DNA of 64,000 bases from Lama glama (Eukaryota), in contig CM052817.1 in assembly GCA_028534125.1 (NCBI GenBank), positions 5,334,001 through 5,398,000 of the forward strand, in the 5' to 3' direction. A model generated the notes under the pieces. That model was not told where the DNA came from and did no database searches. It saw only the letters and a program-made list of their open reading frames with translations. Positions 1-13,226 of this stretch are shown here, in pieces. Each line of letters starts with the position of its first letter. Positions within the stretch are counted from its first letter, which is position 1. Both the position numbers and the translations under genes were made by a program.

Positions 1-149
1 TTTTCAACTAAAAGGGAAGCAGCGACCCTTGGAGAAATAGGTGATTCCAAGACCCAGCAGGGATGAGCCTAGAACATATCGTTATCCTGAAATAAAGTGC
101 TCAGAGAATGATGGGGCCAGATCAGGAGAACACAGAAGCCGTATCTGGA

Positions 150-900
150 GCAATATGAATGTAAACAAATCTTTGATAGTAGTGAATTTTATCCCACACA
201 ATCACATAGGAAACCACGAGTCTACAGGGCTCCAGATAACTGAATAAAGCAACTGTTTCACAAAGAACAGGTTATTTACATCTAAATATTTATCAATACA
301 GTGAGAAACACAGTGAAAATAGTAACCTTACAGTGGGGAGCCCTGGAGGACAGCGCCTTACCCAGGCGGCCCAGGTGAACACCATCAGTAACGGGACACT
401 TGTGCTGCCTGAGAAGCAGTGAGAAGAACGCAGCATCATTTCTGTGATATTTCGACCAAAGACACGTACCCTGAATTTGATTAGGATGAAATATCAGACA
501 AACTCAGACCGAGGGACAGTGTATAAAACATCTGGCCTCTAATCTTCAAAATGGGCAAGGTCATGAACATCAAAGGAAGACTGAAGAACCACCCCAGGCC
601 GAAGGAGACGAAAGGAGCTCGACATTTAAAGGCAATATGTGACTCTTAAACTGGACCCTTTTGCTATAAAGGACATTATTGGAACAAAAGGTGAAACTTG
701 AGTGCAGTCTGAGGACCAAATGCAGAAATGCGTGATCTGAACTTCATGATTCTGGTGGTTGTTCTGTTTGCTGGAAATATACACTGAAGGACTCATGATG
801 GGCACCATGCTGACGACTTACTCTCAGATGGTTCAGGAAACAAAGTTCTTTGTACTATACTTTCAGCTTTCCTGTAAATTTGAGAATATTTTTTGTGTGT
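150..900 (+). mobile_element. Old L1 (L1MC-like) 3' UTR fragment
   Basis: L1MC-type 3' motifs (aatagtaaccttacagtgg..., ttttgctataaaggacattattggaacaa, ttcctgtaaatttgag). Confidence 0.65.
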
Positions 901-2257
901 CTATATATATATGTATACATATATATGTTTGGAGTGTAGTTCTCCAGATTTCCACATGGCACACTCCTCACTAGAGCCAGGGTCTCTGCTCACCTGTACC
1001 CCCTCAGAGAAGCCTTTGAAAACAGCTCCTCATCTGGGTCCATCACCTGTGTCCCTTTACCTGCTTGTCTTTCTTCACAGTACTTTTCACTACTTGACAT
1101 TTTAATATGGGCTCCCCTGTCTATTGCTCGTTTCCTAACTGGCATGAGAGTCCCTGCGGGCTGGGACTCTGTTTTATCTATCCTCCTGCCCCCAGGGCCT
1201 AGATGAGTCCTGGCACCACGTGGTCGGTCAGCGTGGAGGGCTCTGTAAAGTCCCTAGCATGGTGTGTGGTCACAGTTAGTACTCGGTAAGCAGGAAAATT
1301 AAAAAAGAAAAGAATATAACACTGACCAAGTTATGAAGTTGTTTGCTCAAGTCTTGGCACTACAGAGTCCAAGAGGTGAAAGATCAGGAAGAAAGAACAT
1401 AGCCTCTGCCTGAAGGCTGGAGAGGGGAACTCCTGGTGACAGCGGCTGGGTTCCAAAGCGTCTCCCATCTGCTCTTGGTGCCGGTCCCTTTCATGTTTTG
1501 TATCTGGGATACCACCCCCACTCCAGGGACTGGACCATGCCCCACAGGGGTGGTGCTTCTCTCTCCTGTGCACGCTCTGACTTTGCTTCCAATGCCTTTG
1601 AAATGGAGAAGAGTTTCTTATTTAACCAAAAGGCCATCTCCACTTGGGTATGCTCCAGTCCACAGACTGCTGCCTCCATGTTGAGAAACACAAAAGAATC
1701 TTGAAATGTGACTTTTCCAGATTTGATTTTGCTATTTGTAAATGCATACTGTAAGCAAATTGTGTTCCTCACAGTCCAATCCCTTCTTCAGAGTATTAAC
1801 ATCAACATTAAGAAGATGCAGAGCAATTGGAAACATTTGATATCCTTCTAGCCATTGAGGATGGATAAGATGGGGAGTTAGGGTTAGATAAGTATCTACC
1901 ACACTCTTGATAATCTTTGTGCCTCACTAGGAAATAGAGTTCCGTTTTGCCAGCTCCTACCAAGTTACCACTTGCTCATTCAACAAATATTTGTTTAGCA
2001 TTTTCTCTATAGGAGGCAGAACTCTAGATAATTGGGCTGTACATCAGTGGACACAGACAGTGAAAGGACATCTGTGCGCGGGTGGTGCACATGGCTGCCT
2101 TGCTTCTCGCTCTACCTGTTGAATTTCTACTTACCCTTCAAGATCCAGCTCACACCTCCTCTGGAAAGGGTTTCCAGCGTGCCCAGGGAAAGGTAATTGC
2201 TGCTTTCTCTATGGTATCCCAATACTTTATTCATACCTCCCTTACAGCATTTTATTA

Positions 2258-3065
2258 TCTTTTTCTCCCTAAATAGACTCCTTTGAGGGGAGGCAGTTTT
2301 AGGTTTACAGAGAAATTGAGCAGAAAGTACAGAGAGTTCCCACATACCTTCTCCATCATCCCTGCCCCCGATTTTCCCCTATGACTAACATCTTGCATTA
2401 GTGTGCTTCATTTGTTATAACTGGTTAGTCAATATAGATACATTATTATTAAAACCGAAGACCACAGTCTGCATTAAAGTTCACTCCTGGGGTTGTGTAT
2501 TCCATAGGTTTCGACAAATGTACAATGACACGGATCCATTATTACAGCATCATATAGAGTAGTTTCACTGCCCTAAAAATGCTCTGTTCTCTGCCTGTTC
2601 CTCCCTCCCTCCCTCTCCCCAACCCCTGTCCCCAACCACTGATCATTTAATTGCCACCATAGTTTGGCCTTTTCCAGAATGTCATAGATTTAGAATCATC
2701 CTGTATGTGGCTTCTTGCACTTAGCCATATGCATTTAAGATTCTTCCATATTTTTTCATGGCTTCTGATAGCTCCTCTCTTTTCAGTGCTGAATGATATT
2801 CCATTGTCTGGATGGACTACAGTTTATCCACTCACCTGCTAAAAGACATCTTGGTTGCTTCCAAGTGTTAGCAGTTATGAATAAAGCTGCTATACATATC
2901 CATGTATGGGGTTTTGTGTGGACATAAGTTTTCAATTTCTTGGGACAAATAACAAGGAGCATGATTGCTGGATTGCTCGTTAAGAGTATATTTAGCTTGA
3001 AAGGAAACTATCTTCCTAAACGGCTGTATCATTTTGCATTCCCACCAGCAACGAACAAGAGTTTT
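2258..3065 (-). mobile_element. L1M (L1MC/MB-like) 3' end
   Basis: Antisense L1 3' motifs: gcagttttaggtttacagagaaattgagcagaaagtacagagagttcc; gacatcttggttgcttccaag; ttttgcattcccaccagcaa. Confidence 0.85.
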
Positions 3066-3289
3066 ATTTCATTCCTTTTTATTTGATCTATTATCTCCTC
3101 TGTCCCCCACCAGTGTCTACTCCTCAGTTGAGAGTTACCAGAGCCCAACAACCATGTCCAATGTACCACTGTGTCTTCCATGCTTGACACTGGAATGTTC
3201 ATTAAATGAAGTATTAATTGAGCAGAAATTTTAAAATTACAGAACAATCCCTCAAAATAACAGCATACACCTCTGGATGCTACTTCGGC

Positions 3290-3715
3290 AGTGAGGAGGG
3301 AACTTCTTTCTGGCAATGGCTCATTGCTGCTATGCCAATCATGATTATCCCTTGCCCTAGCTTTTGCAGCTAGAGAGTAGCCAGGTGATCCAGTTCTGAC
3401 CCTTGAAACCTAAACAGAAATCTTCTCATGGGTTTCTGGGAAAGCTTTTCCTTCCCTGACAAAAGAGATCAGGTGTGGTTAGTCCAGTCTTTCCCCTTTC
3501 CCCCAGCTTGAAGAAGGATGTGATTGCTGGAGTTACAGTAGCTCCCTTGCATCCATGAGGAAATGGCCCATAATTTCAGAGACATTTCCCCATCATCTTT
3601 GAGCTGATGAACTAATGCTTGTGACTAACTACCTCTAGATACCTTACTAGGTGACGAAAATAACCACCTCTCTGTTTAAACTGCCATTAGGAGGCCTTTG
3701 TGTTTGGAACTGTGT
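3290..3715 (+). mobile_element. MaLR (MLT1-like) LTR, degraded
   Basis: MLT1-like motifs (gtttctgggaaagcttttccttccctga; ctgtttaaactgcc). Confidence 0.5.
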
Positions 3716-4845
3716 TCTGTATTAGTTTTTCAAACTAACACAATAGCTACAAACACTCACTACAAGCTGGCATTATGCTAAGCCTTTCATAGCCATTATG
3801 CCATTTAATCTTTATACTAATCATATGAGAAAGTGGTATTATTACCATGAAAGAATTTTTTATTTCCAGAGCTGGATCTGTTAAGTCTACCCAGACTCCT
3901 GAGAAGCAGACCCTAGTCCATCTGCATTCACCCCAACACAGTAACTTGGAGTTTTACTCTATCCAGGTGTGGTCTGGGCAAGAAATTGCTTTGAGAAACA
4001 GAGATCTGAGCTAAAGGCTGCCTTCCCACATCCAATAACCAAGGAGAAATTTGTGAGCTAGAGCTGGAAAAAGATCAGATCTTAGGGTTCTGGGGTCACC
4101 ACAGTATTTCTGAGCTCAATAAAGTTCACTGGTGGATAATGAGGATGAGCAGAAGGCACACTGAGGATTCTCTGACTCTTTCTGGATCCTGGGGTAGCCA
4201 GCCTCCTTCTCTAGAAGCTCCAACAGTGGAGAGGGCTGGGTGGTGCAATGGAAGCTCCCTGTCACAGTTAGCTGGTTGGTACAATTTAAAGCAAACCTCC
4301 ACTTGCTCCTAATATTACTGTCTGCTATTTCACCAATAAGGTTTTCATTTCCGGTAACAGCAAACACCACGTGGTAGTTAAGAAGAGGGTGAATACTATC
4401 AACCATTCACTCCTTAGTATGGATTACTCTGCTTCCATTTTCTTTGTAATACCTAGGCAAAAAGTTCTCAAAGAACAGACATTTTATTAGGGGATGTTGA
4501 ATAAATGTTGCAGAATGAATAGGTTTATGTATGAATGAGCTGTATTCATAGATGAATATTCAGAAACTTATGGGTGGGCTCCTCAGAGCTGCACCCAGGT
4601 GTACACACACACTAACAGAAGTTGCAGAACTTCTGAGGTCTTCTTGGGTAACAGTAACAAGATTTGAAATTTAGAGAAATTAAAACAAGGGTACTAATGT
4701 AATAAAATGAAGTTTAACAAGAGCAGGTGTTGGATGCTGAACATTTACCCCACACAAAGGGGGTGGGAGAGGTGAGGCTTACCAGCAGCAAATGTGACAA
4801 AGAAGTGGATGGAGGTGGGTAGGGGGGAGTGGGAGGGGATGAAGG

Positions 4846-5421
4846 TGTTGCGGAAAACTGTGTTACAGTTCGGTGTTCCAGCTCAGTTGTGACAGCAACC
4901 TGGATCTGGGCAAGAGATCAAGCAGCACTCTGAGAGTTGGAAAACTCAGGTTTATTACCCTACCAGGCCCAGTAGAGTTAATATGCCAAGCTCTACACGC
5001 TGTCTATAGTTTTACACAGGCCTTTATAGGCTGCCAGTTTTACACTTTGCAACATCATATGCAAATAAAGTATAACAGAAGTTGACCAACTAGGAACAAG
5101 CTTTGTAGAAATAGCCCAATCAGGAGTGAGAGAAATAACCAGTCAGGAGTGAGCTCCATGCAAATGAAGTACTACAAATGGACCAATCAGAAGTTAGGGA
5201 AGTGGGCCAATCAGAAGTGAGAGTAATAACCAATCAGGAGTGAAGGAAATAACCAATCAGAAGTGAGCTCAGGGAAACAATAGAATTTGAGGGGTAAGTA
5301 AGCTGTTTCAGAGACAAAAAGTGAGATAGCGCCTCAGGGCCAGGGAACCAGATGGTGCTGGCAGGAGATTAGTGGCCCTGTTTGGGGTCCTGCCGGTCTT
5401 TTTATGGGGCTTCCCGCCTCA
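4846..5421 (-). mobile_element. ERV solo LTR with CCAAT-box array
   Basis: On the minus strand: TG start (TGAGGCGGGAAG), repeated CCAAT units in U3, TATAAA (5023-5028), AATAAA (4951-4956), and a CA end at 4846 or 4861. No clean target-site duplication seen. Confidence 0.75.
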
Positions 5422-7020
5422 GGGGGACTGGTGGCCACCGGCTCCTGTGAATCAGGATTAGGACCTGGCTGCCAAAAACAATAAGCTTTGGAGCCGCTGG
5501 AATACCAGCAAGATTTTCAGAATGGGAGACCCCAGTGATGTGAGAGTCAGAGCAGACCTGAATTTAAGGGCTCAATTCAGGAAGAAACGTGGGCAAATGG
5601 TGACAAAAGGGAAAACCATGTGACAGGAAAGGGAACAGGGAGAAAGCAGTGCAGAAGAGGTGGCCTCAAAGAAGCAGGAAGGCTGGGAGCAGCTGGAGAA
5701 TTGGGGTTGTGTCTGAATCTTCTGGCTACTCCCAGTGCCTGGTGCAGACCCAGGAACACATTCGGGGCTCGGTAAATATTTGCTAAATGAGCCCACTGGA
5801 GTGTCCCAAAACAGAAAGAGATTTCCCGTAAAGGAGAGTTCCCCATCCATGGGAGTACTTCTGTACAAAATAGCCCCTTGCTGGAGTTTTCCAGGAGAGA
5901 TCCAAGCATGCAAGGAGAGCTTGGGAATAGATGCTAAGATCTACCTCCTGAGAATCTTCTTCCCAGAGTCTAGCTATTAAAGCCCCCGCCATCCTTGCCT
6001 CTCAGACATTTATTTCTCTTTCATTGGTGATTTCCAAAGAGAAGGGAAGGAAGAAGGACAGAGGGGAAAGTGAGGGATGAAGAACAGAAGAGCGGCCAGT
6101 GCCAGGGCTGTCAGCTCCCTGAGGCTGTGCTCCCCTCTGCCCACGCCCAGGGGGAAGACCCCCGCCCCCGCCCGCCTCTGCCTTCACAAAGGGCATTCAT
6201 TGTACTGCGTGGTTACTGCTCTGTCTGGTGCATGTGTAACAACCTCTCTTCCCGGAGCCCTGGCTCCATTTGTTTTGTACCATCTTGCCCCTAACACTTC
6301 CATAGTATTGGCTGAACAGTAACTGTTAATAAACATTTGTCAAATGAATGAATGAGTCCTGCACCTTTTAGACTTTGTAATGAATGTGTTTTCTACACTG
6401 GCATGTATTTCATACAATCCTCTTAGATAGAGTTTCTGTGTATTATTCCACTGGAGAACAAAGGAAGGCAGACGGGAGCGGGGTGGGCCAGGAGGTCATG
6501 CTGGAGAAGTGAAAACTTCCCTCTGTGGGTTTGAGAAATGTCTGGGATATTATGCCTGAAGCTGAAACATCAGGTCGTATTCACTTCTGCTGTTCTATAA
6601 ACCAGCAACAAACAGCAAGACCTCTTTTGTTACTTTATTGTAATGCAGTCATGTGTCTGGGAGATTCTGGGTCTTGATACACTTTCTTCTACTCACTTTG
6701 GTCTTCAAGGTTTAGAAAAATTGTATATTGATCTTGTATTGTGTTAAAGGGGTTTTAATGAGCAAAACACTCATAAGTACTTGGAGAAATTTCAATCAGG
6801 GCAGGCCTGTATGCATCTACTATCATGGTTCCTGCAGCTACTGCAGTGCCTGACACATCGTAGGTGCTCGGTAAAAATAGTAAAAATAGAGAATGGATAA
6901 AATAGTTGCTGTCAGCCTTGGTGACAGATATCACATAAGGAGCCCATTATTAACAGTACTATGTCATCCACCAACACCCCAATGGCTAAGTGTGATTCTG
7001 ATGTTAAAAACAAAGAAGTA

Positions 7021-7190
7021 GGGGGAACATATAGCTCAGTGATAGAGCACGTGCTTAGCATGCACAAGGTCCTGGGTTCAATCTCCAGTACCTCCATTAA
7101 GATAAGTAAATAAACCTAATACCCCTCCCAGAAAAAAAAAAAAAAGAAAACTAAAAAAGGCAGCAACAACAAAAAATGTTTAAAAAAAAA
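7021..7190 (+). mobile_element. tRNA-Ala-derived SINE (camelid Vic-1-like) with A-rich tail
   Basis: A-box (tagctcagtgatagagc), ttagcatgc anticodon-like arm, B-box (ggttcaatctcc), then a non-tRNA body and poly-A. Confidence 0.85.
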
Positions 7191-8389
7191 TGAAGGAACT
7201 AATCAATGGTGGTAGTTAATAAGTCAGGATTCAAAACCTGCAGTGTCTGACTCGAAAGCCAGTGCTCTCTCTTGTCACAGCTACTCAGGGGACAGTGGCC
7301 TTTAGTCCAAATAAAGCTTGTCTTGAGCATTACCTGCTACCTGCCCAATTGGTGCTTCTTGGGTTGTTCTTGGGTCCAGGTCTCAAAAAGCTTTTGCAAG
7401 CAAGGTAGGATATAGGTATTAAATGGGTGGACGGACCGATCATTAGCTAAATGTCAGAGGGATGATGGACTTTGAAATCAGTGGGTGGACAATTAGTTGC
7501 ATACACAGGCTCCTTCTCTCGTCTATCCCGACAGTATCAGCCTGACAATTTCAGTCTGGCAACACATCCTAACAAAACAGATTGGCCTCTAACTCTTCCC
7601 TGCCAGTTTCACCCCAGCTGCCTGCCCCAGTCAGGATGGTAAAACCCCCAAAGTATTGAAAGTGGAGCATAAACTACAGTTTCTACCCAGACCTCATTAA
7701 TTCGGAAAGATGATACTTCAGCCAGTGGAAAGATACTGAATGCGTGCAAAAACTCCTTAATTGTGGGTTTCCTTTTGCTGTCTGCTCACTTAATAAAATT
7801 GGAAACTATTTATGTAAATTATATTCTTCGAATGGGGGGCCCTCACATTTTCCTGCTCCAGGAGCTGGAGCAAAGATGAGGCAGAGCAGGATGGAGGAAA
7901 GCAACCGACTAGTGAAAACGCTCCTTCCCAAGGAGATGGCTGCTGAAACTGCATCTGTTTTTTAACTCTAAACTGAATTCCTCTTAGGGATACTATGTAT
8001 AAACGTGAGCTTTGGGGGACGCTGATGGGAAAGGGAGCCAGAAGCCTGATGAACAATGGCAAGGCAGAATGCTTGGTGCTTGGAGTAATGCCAGGGGCAG
8101 GAAGTATAAACTAAGCCTGGAGATGCCTGGGGTGGGATTGAATGTCTTAACAGGAGGATGCGTGGGTGACAGTGAGTGAAATGGAGAAAAGGAGAGGATG
8201 TCGGTCCAGCCAGCAAGGCAGAGCTGGAAAGGTGGCCCAATGGGGAGATCTGGCCAGTGCAGGAGCCTCGGGGGGTGGGGAGATGGCCCCTAAATCTGTC
8301 TGAGTCCACCTCTGGTCTCAAAGCCAGAGCACTTCTGCCTGTCTGGCCCACAGGCACTTCCAGCATGAGTGCTCTCTCCGTGGGGGACA

Positions 8390-8600
8390 TTTCAGACTGT
8401 GGAGCTGGGCTGCTTGGGTTCCAGTCCTGCTCTCCTACTTACTAGCTGTGTGACCAAGTGTCTTAACCATTCCGTGCCTTGGCTTTTCTTTTCTATAACA
8501 TGAGAATGATAAGATGACTTACCTCATAGAACTGTGTGATTTATTATCCATAAAGCATTTAAAATAGTACTTGTAAGTAAGTAAGCTAGTAAGTGATACG
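8390..8600 (+). mobile_element. MIR SINE
   Basis: Core: gggttccagtcctgctctcctacttactagctgtgtgacc...acctcatagaactgtgtga. Confidence 0.75.
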
Positions 8601-9128
8601 TAAGGATTTGCTTTCACTGTCAACATCTCATCATCATTATCTTGTCTCTATTAATGGCAATTAGTCACCCAAGCCAGAAATTTCAGTGTATCAGCTTGTA
8701 GAGAAGAGATGTTCCACTCTACCCTCATCCTCCATTTTGTGGAATCTACAAAGACAAATGAAAGGACTACAACTCAAGGGGGAGGAGGAGGAAGACATGA
8801 CATAGAGAAGGAGTTAGCAGAGCTCACACAGGGAGCACGGTTGAAAGGTCTGACTGTCGTTTACACGATCCCCCCCCCCCCACTGTGGGGCAGAGCAGAC
8901 CTCCCTTAAGTCCTGAAGAAGCACAGATGAATAGCAACACAAGCAAAGGGAGGACCCCGAGGGACCTCCAGGGCTTCAATAGACCAAGAAGTCAGGGAGG
9001 GAAGAACAGAAAGCATGTGTGAGGGGAGGAGGTGTCTCTACAGACCTAGCAGGTTGAAACGAGAGCTAAGGTCCTGAGACAGGAGGGAACGGGACAGGGC
9101 ACAGCCATTAATAGAGTGACCCAGCCAT

Positions 9129-9788
9129 TGAAGATACAACAAAAACTGGTTAGAACCAACTAGGCCCAAGATGGTGGAAGATTCCACTCTCAGGAGACCT
9201 TGAGCTTCATTATAGGCTCATTGTAATACATTAGCTGCTACGTGCCCCCCCAAAGGCGCCATGACAGTTTGAGGCTGACTATAAATGGCCAAAAAGTGGG
9301 CTGTGGCCCAATTCCTGGGAATCCCCACCCCCTTCCCCTAAATAGTCGGAGTAATCCTCCCAATTGTCAGCTTATGAAATTACCGAGCCCGTAAAAGCCA
9401 GCAATCGCATATCCTGAGGTCTCTCGCCTTCTGAGACGGCCTGCACTCTGAGGACTGTGTGTCTACTCTTACTTTAACCACCCGCCCCTGCCCCTGCCTC
9501 ATGGCCTCTCTCGCTTCCTGTGACAGCCTGCACTCCGTCTATGGAGGGAACATCGCCCTGAATCTCCCTACATGTAGGGATGGCTGAATGCATCTACTCT
9601 CACTGTACTTCAGCTCACTCTTTTCTTTCTTTCTTTTTTTTTTTTTTTTTTAACATTTTACTTCAGCTCGCTCTTGAATTCTTTCCTGCGAGACGCCAAG
9701 GGCCCTCACTTGGGGAGGGGGCGTGTCCTAGGGACTGGCCCGAGACTTGGGACATGGCCCTCCCCTGGAGCTCCCTTCTCCCGCAACA
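9129..9788 (+). mobile_element. ERV1-like solo LTR
   Basis: TG...CA ends, cccaagatggtgga motif, U5-like ttgaattctttcctgcgagacgccaag, internal direct repeat (9421-9450 vs 9508-9537). Confidence 0.6.
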
Positions 9789-12700
9789 GTCCCGCTTTGG
9801 CTACAGGGACTAGGCCAACGGTGGATGAAGCAGCTGCCCCCCGCCTTCCCTCCCTTTGTTGGCCCTGTGGGTGGAAAAACCTGAAGTAAAAGACAACGCG
9901 AACATTTTTCTGGTCCCTGTAAGTCAGTTACGGAAACCATGACTCTTCCTCCCACAACAGGGGACAGAGTGCCAGGCTGGGCTCGGTCGTTACCGCCGGC
10001 AGAGTCCTGTGGGGCATCCCACATGTGAAAGTCCTTTGGTTACAATTAGGGACTTCATAAATTGAATTAGTGGATTATTGTAATAAATTAGTTATTTCCA
10101 ACAAAACACTGTGGTATAGAGGGGCACGTGAGATAATTACTGAATGATTGATATACAGGTTCTTTAAAAAAAACCCTCTTCCAAATTATAGCCCCTCAAC
10201 TTTAAGTCTCTTAAAATACAAACCTAACCCATCCCAGTCTACTTTGGGGGGGAAATAACTCAAAGCTATTCCAACACTGAAGCTCACAGTGAGACTTTCA
10301 TGTTCAAATTTTAACTTAGAGCTGTAATGGGCCTGCCTTTTTAACGAACAATTGTTAAAACCAATGGCTGGCTTAAAGACTTCCTAAATTAACAATGAGA
10401 AACTTGGCTTTCCACGGAGGGTTGGAGAGAGCTCCAGCCGTGTGGCCAGTTCCTGGTTATTGAGAACTTTTGGAATCCTGCTAGGCTGGCCTGCCTTATG
10501 CTTACAAAGCAAAGAAAGGTGAAGACAAGGAATAATGGAGACCTAAAAATATATCAACAAGAATAAATGCGTTGTGAGGAAATTCCAAGCTTTATTAAAT
10601 GCCCTTTTGGTGAAAGAAGCCCTACAGAGAATTTCTTAATAAGTTTCAGAGAGGGGAGGCGCTCGGCCACTGGAGTAGCCCACATCAGCGATTGTGGCAT
10701 TTGTGGAATGTCAAAGGCAGATTGCCTGCTGGAGGTAATCGCCCGGCTAGCATCACGATTGTTTCTTATGGGAGGCCAAAGTCGAGGACAGTGGTTTGGG
10801 GTTGGCCGAGACTCACGTTCTTGTGTTAGAGGGTTCTGTTAGTGACATGGACGCCTCAGTCTGGAAAGAGCTTGAGAGTTTAGCCATCCCTACGTGTAGC
10901 CAATGGCCTCACACGTGAAAATCCACGGCAGGAAGGGACACTGTCCTGATATTAAACACCTTGGTAACTCATTCCGAAGTCCAGCAACACCCACATCCAG
11001 GAAATACTTCTTGCTGTTTAGCCTAAATCCCTCTTGCTTCAATGTAAGCTCATTTCCTCTCATTCTGTCCAAAATAGAAATCGGGAACAGCTGCTCTCCA
11101 TCCACGGGTTCTTACACTTGAAGACCTTTATTCCATCCATCCCCTAAGCCTCCTCTTCTCCAGAATAAATACTCCAACTACCAGAAACATTCTCTGAGAC
11201 TGGCCCAAACCACGGTGTTCAATTACTTTCTAAGTGCCTCCTTTAATCCCAACACTAATCTGAGGTACCGTCTCAGCCTTCATTCCGCCTTGCACGGCAC
11301 ACATCCGTTGCATGATGCAGAGACTGGAAAGCAAATCAAGGCTCCATCCAATGCTTCAAGACTATCCACCACCTTCAGCTGCCCCAGCGCCACCAGCCAC
11401 GATGTTTAATCCTCAACAGCCTCATTGCCACAATGGCTGTATTTTTATTACTAGCTCTGGGCAGATGCTGTGTGACACACTTTCTATGGATCAGCTGATC
11501 TAACACAACAACCCTGTTGGATAGATATTTTTAATTTTAATTTATAGAGCTCTCACTGATATGTGGCTGGGATTTGAGAGTGGGGGCTGTCGGACTCAGA
11601 GTCCAGGCTCTTGCCACGATGCCAGGCTAAGACCTGGCTGCTGCTCCATGAAGCCGCATCAAGGCTGGGATGCCAGAGATGGCCGGAAACGCCACAAGAA
11701 CACTTCTCTGCAGCTCTGTTTCTGGAGTTGAGTCCCTTTTCCAGTTCGTGCTGATATTTTCCTGCCCTGGAGAGCGGGCTAGGGATACACACAGCTTTCT
11801 CAAACTTTCATTCATCAGAGATGTCGTCTGAAAACAGCAAACTTCATTATTGTGCTTACCACGTGTCATTATAATCGTCTGTGTATACACTGTTTCGCAC
11901 TGTTAGTCTTTGACCTGATCCAAGGTGGGGTCTTGGGTTTTGTTTTTATCTTTTCAGCACCTAACACAGTGCCACGTATTGAGTAGACACTGACAATGTG
12001 TTTGGAATCTGACTGAATGACTGGCTGGCTGGATGGATGGACGGAGCACACACAAATCCACACCTACTAATCACTCCCAATTCTCAAATCAAAAGTACTT
12101 GTATAATACATGTATGTACAGAAACACATGGGTCTCTTTGTATAAATGCCACCCTCCCACTCCCCCCTCCACCTCCACCCCCACCACCAAGCTGATCTGG
12201 GGGCATTGAACAGTTGAGAGATAAAGAATCTAACCTCATTCTTCCTACTAACTCCATGTGTGATCTTGGACAAGTCACTTGTTTTCTCATCTGAAATATG
12301 AAGGAAATGGCCTGGATGATATTTGAAGCCCTTTCCAGTCCTAAATTTCCATAATGCTATGGCTATCTACCTACCTTTATCAGATTTATCTAAATAATCA
12401 CAAAAAAATACCACTTCATGCTGGAGAAACACAGTCATAATAAACTAAGCAAAACCAAATGCCCTTCAATATCCTGTTGTGAACTATAAAATGTCCCCTA
12501 AAATCACATTTTCCCCTTGAAACAGGATGTAAGAAAAATATTTTCCTATTAAATCCTTTTAAAGTGCAAGTGAAAGCATTTATGCTGTGATTTGCTGTCC
12601 AGCTCAATAAAAAGTGCCGGATTCAGCCATGCTAATTACGGAAGATAACTGACAGAAAAGCAAAGGCGGTGGAAATTCAGGTTGGAAACCTAGATGCCAC

Positions 12701-13226
12701 GCCAAAGCACACACTTTCTGGATAGAGTTTCCCAGTGTGTGTCAAGCAGTTTATTTCTACCATTATGTTGGGGAAACCAGTAAATGAGTTTTTATGAAGT
12801 GATTTATGAAACTCCTGGGGTGGACGAAGTGAGTGCTGGGAGGAAGTGGCACCAACTTGCAAACCTGTGGAGGTAAGGGGAGAGAGATGACTTGAACTTT
12901 GGTAACTGTTGATTACATTGTTTTAAGTTGAGTCCTCTGAGAAGGGTTAAGCAAAGTGGGATGCTTTCCTTAAGAGAGGTAGTAAGGGGCTAGAAGATTT
13001 CAGAGGAAATCTTGGTACTTTGGCTATCTGAAAGCCTCCTGTTAGATTAAATCCTTGAAGGGCAGAGATTCTGTTTTCCTTGCTTGTGGAGATTCTTGGA
13101 GTATTACAGGGGGCAGGGCTAGAAACATTGTTCGAGAAATGGAAAAAGAATAGGTAAATCTCTCTGTTCATCCAGGAAGACATGTAGGAGGTATCTGCCC
13201 AGCTCCTTTCTGTTGGAAGCATCCAC

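Noticed and set aside
5100..5275. Short regularly spaced repeats resembling a CRISPR array
   Set aside because: 23-24 bp CCAAT-box units without unique spacers, inside an LTR in a mammalian genome; no cas genes.
7021..7097. Possible tRNA-Ala gene
   Set aside because: Acceptor stem degenerate, followed by a SINE body and poly-A rather than a Pol III T-run terminator.
11953..11973. REST/RE1-like motif ttcagcacctaacacagtgcc
   Set aside because: Lacks the GGACAG core and lies in an ordinary L2 tail.
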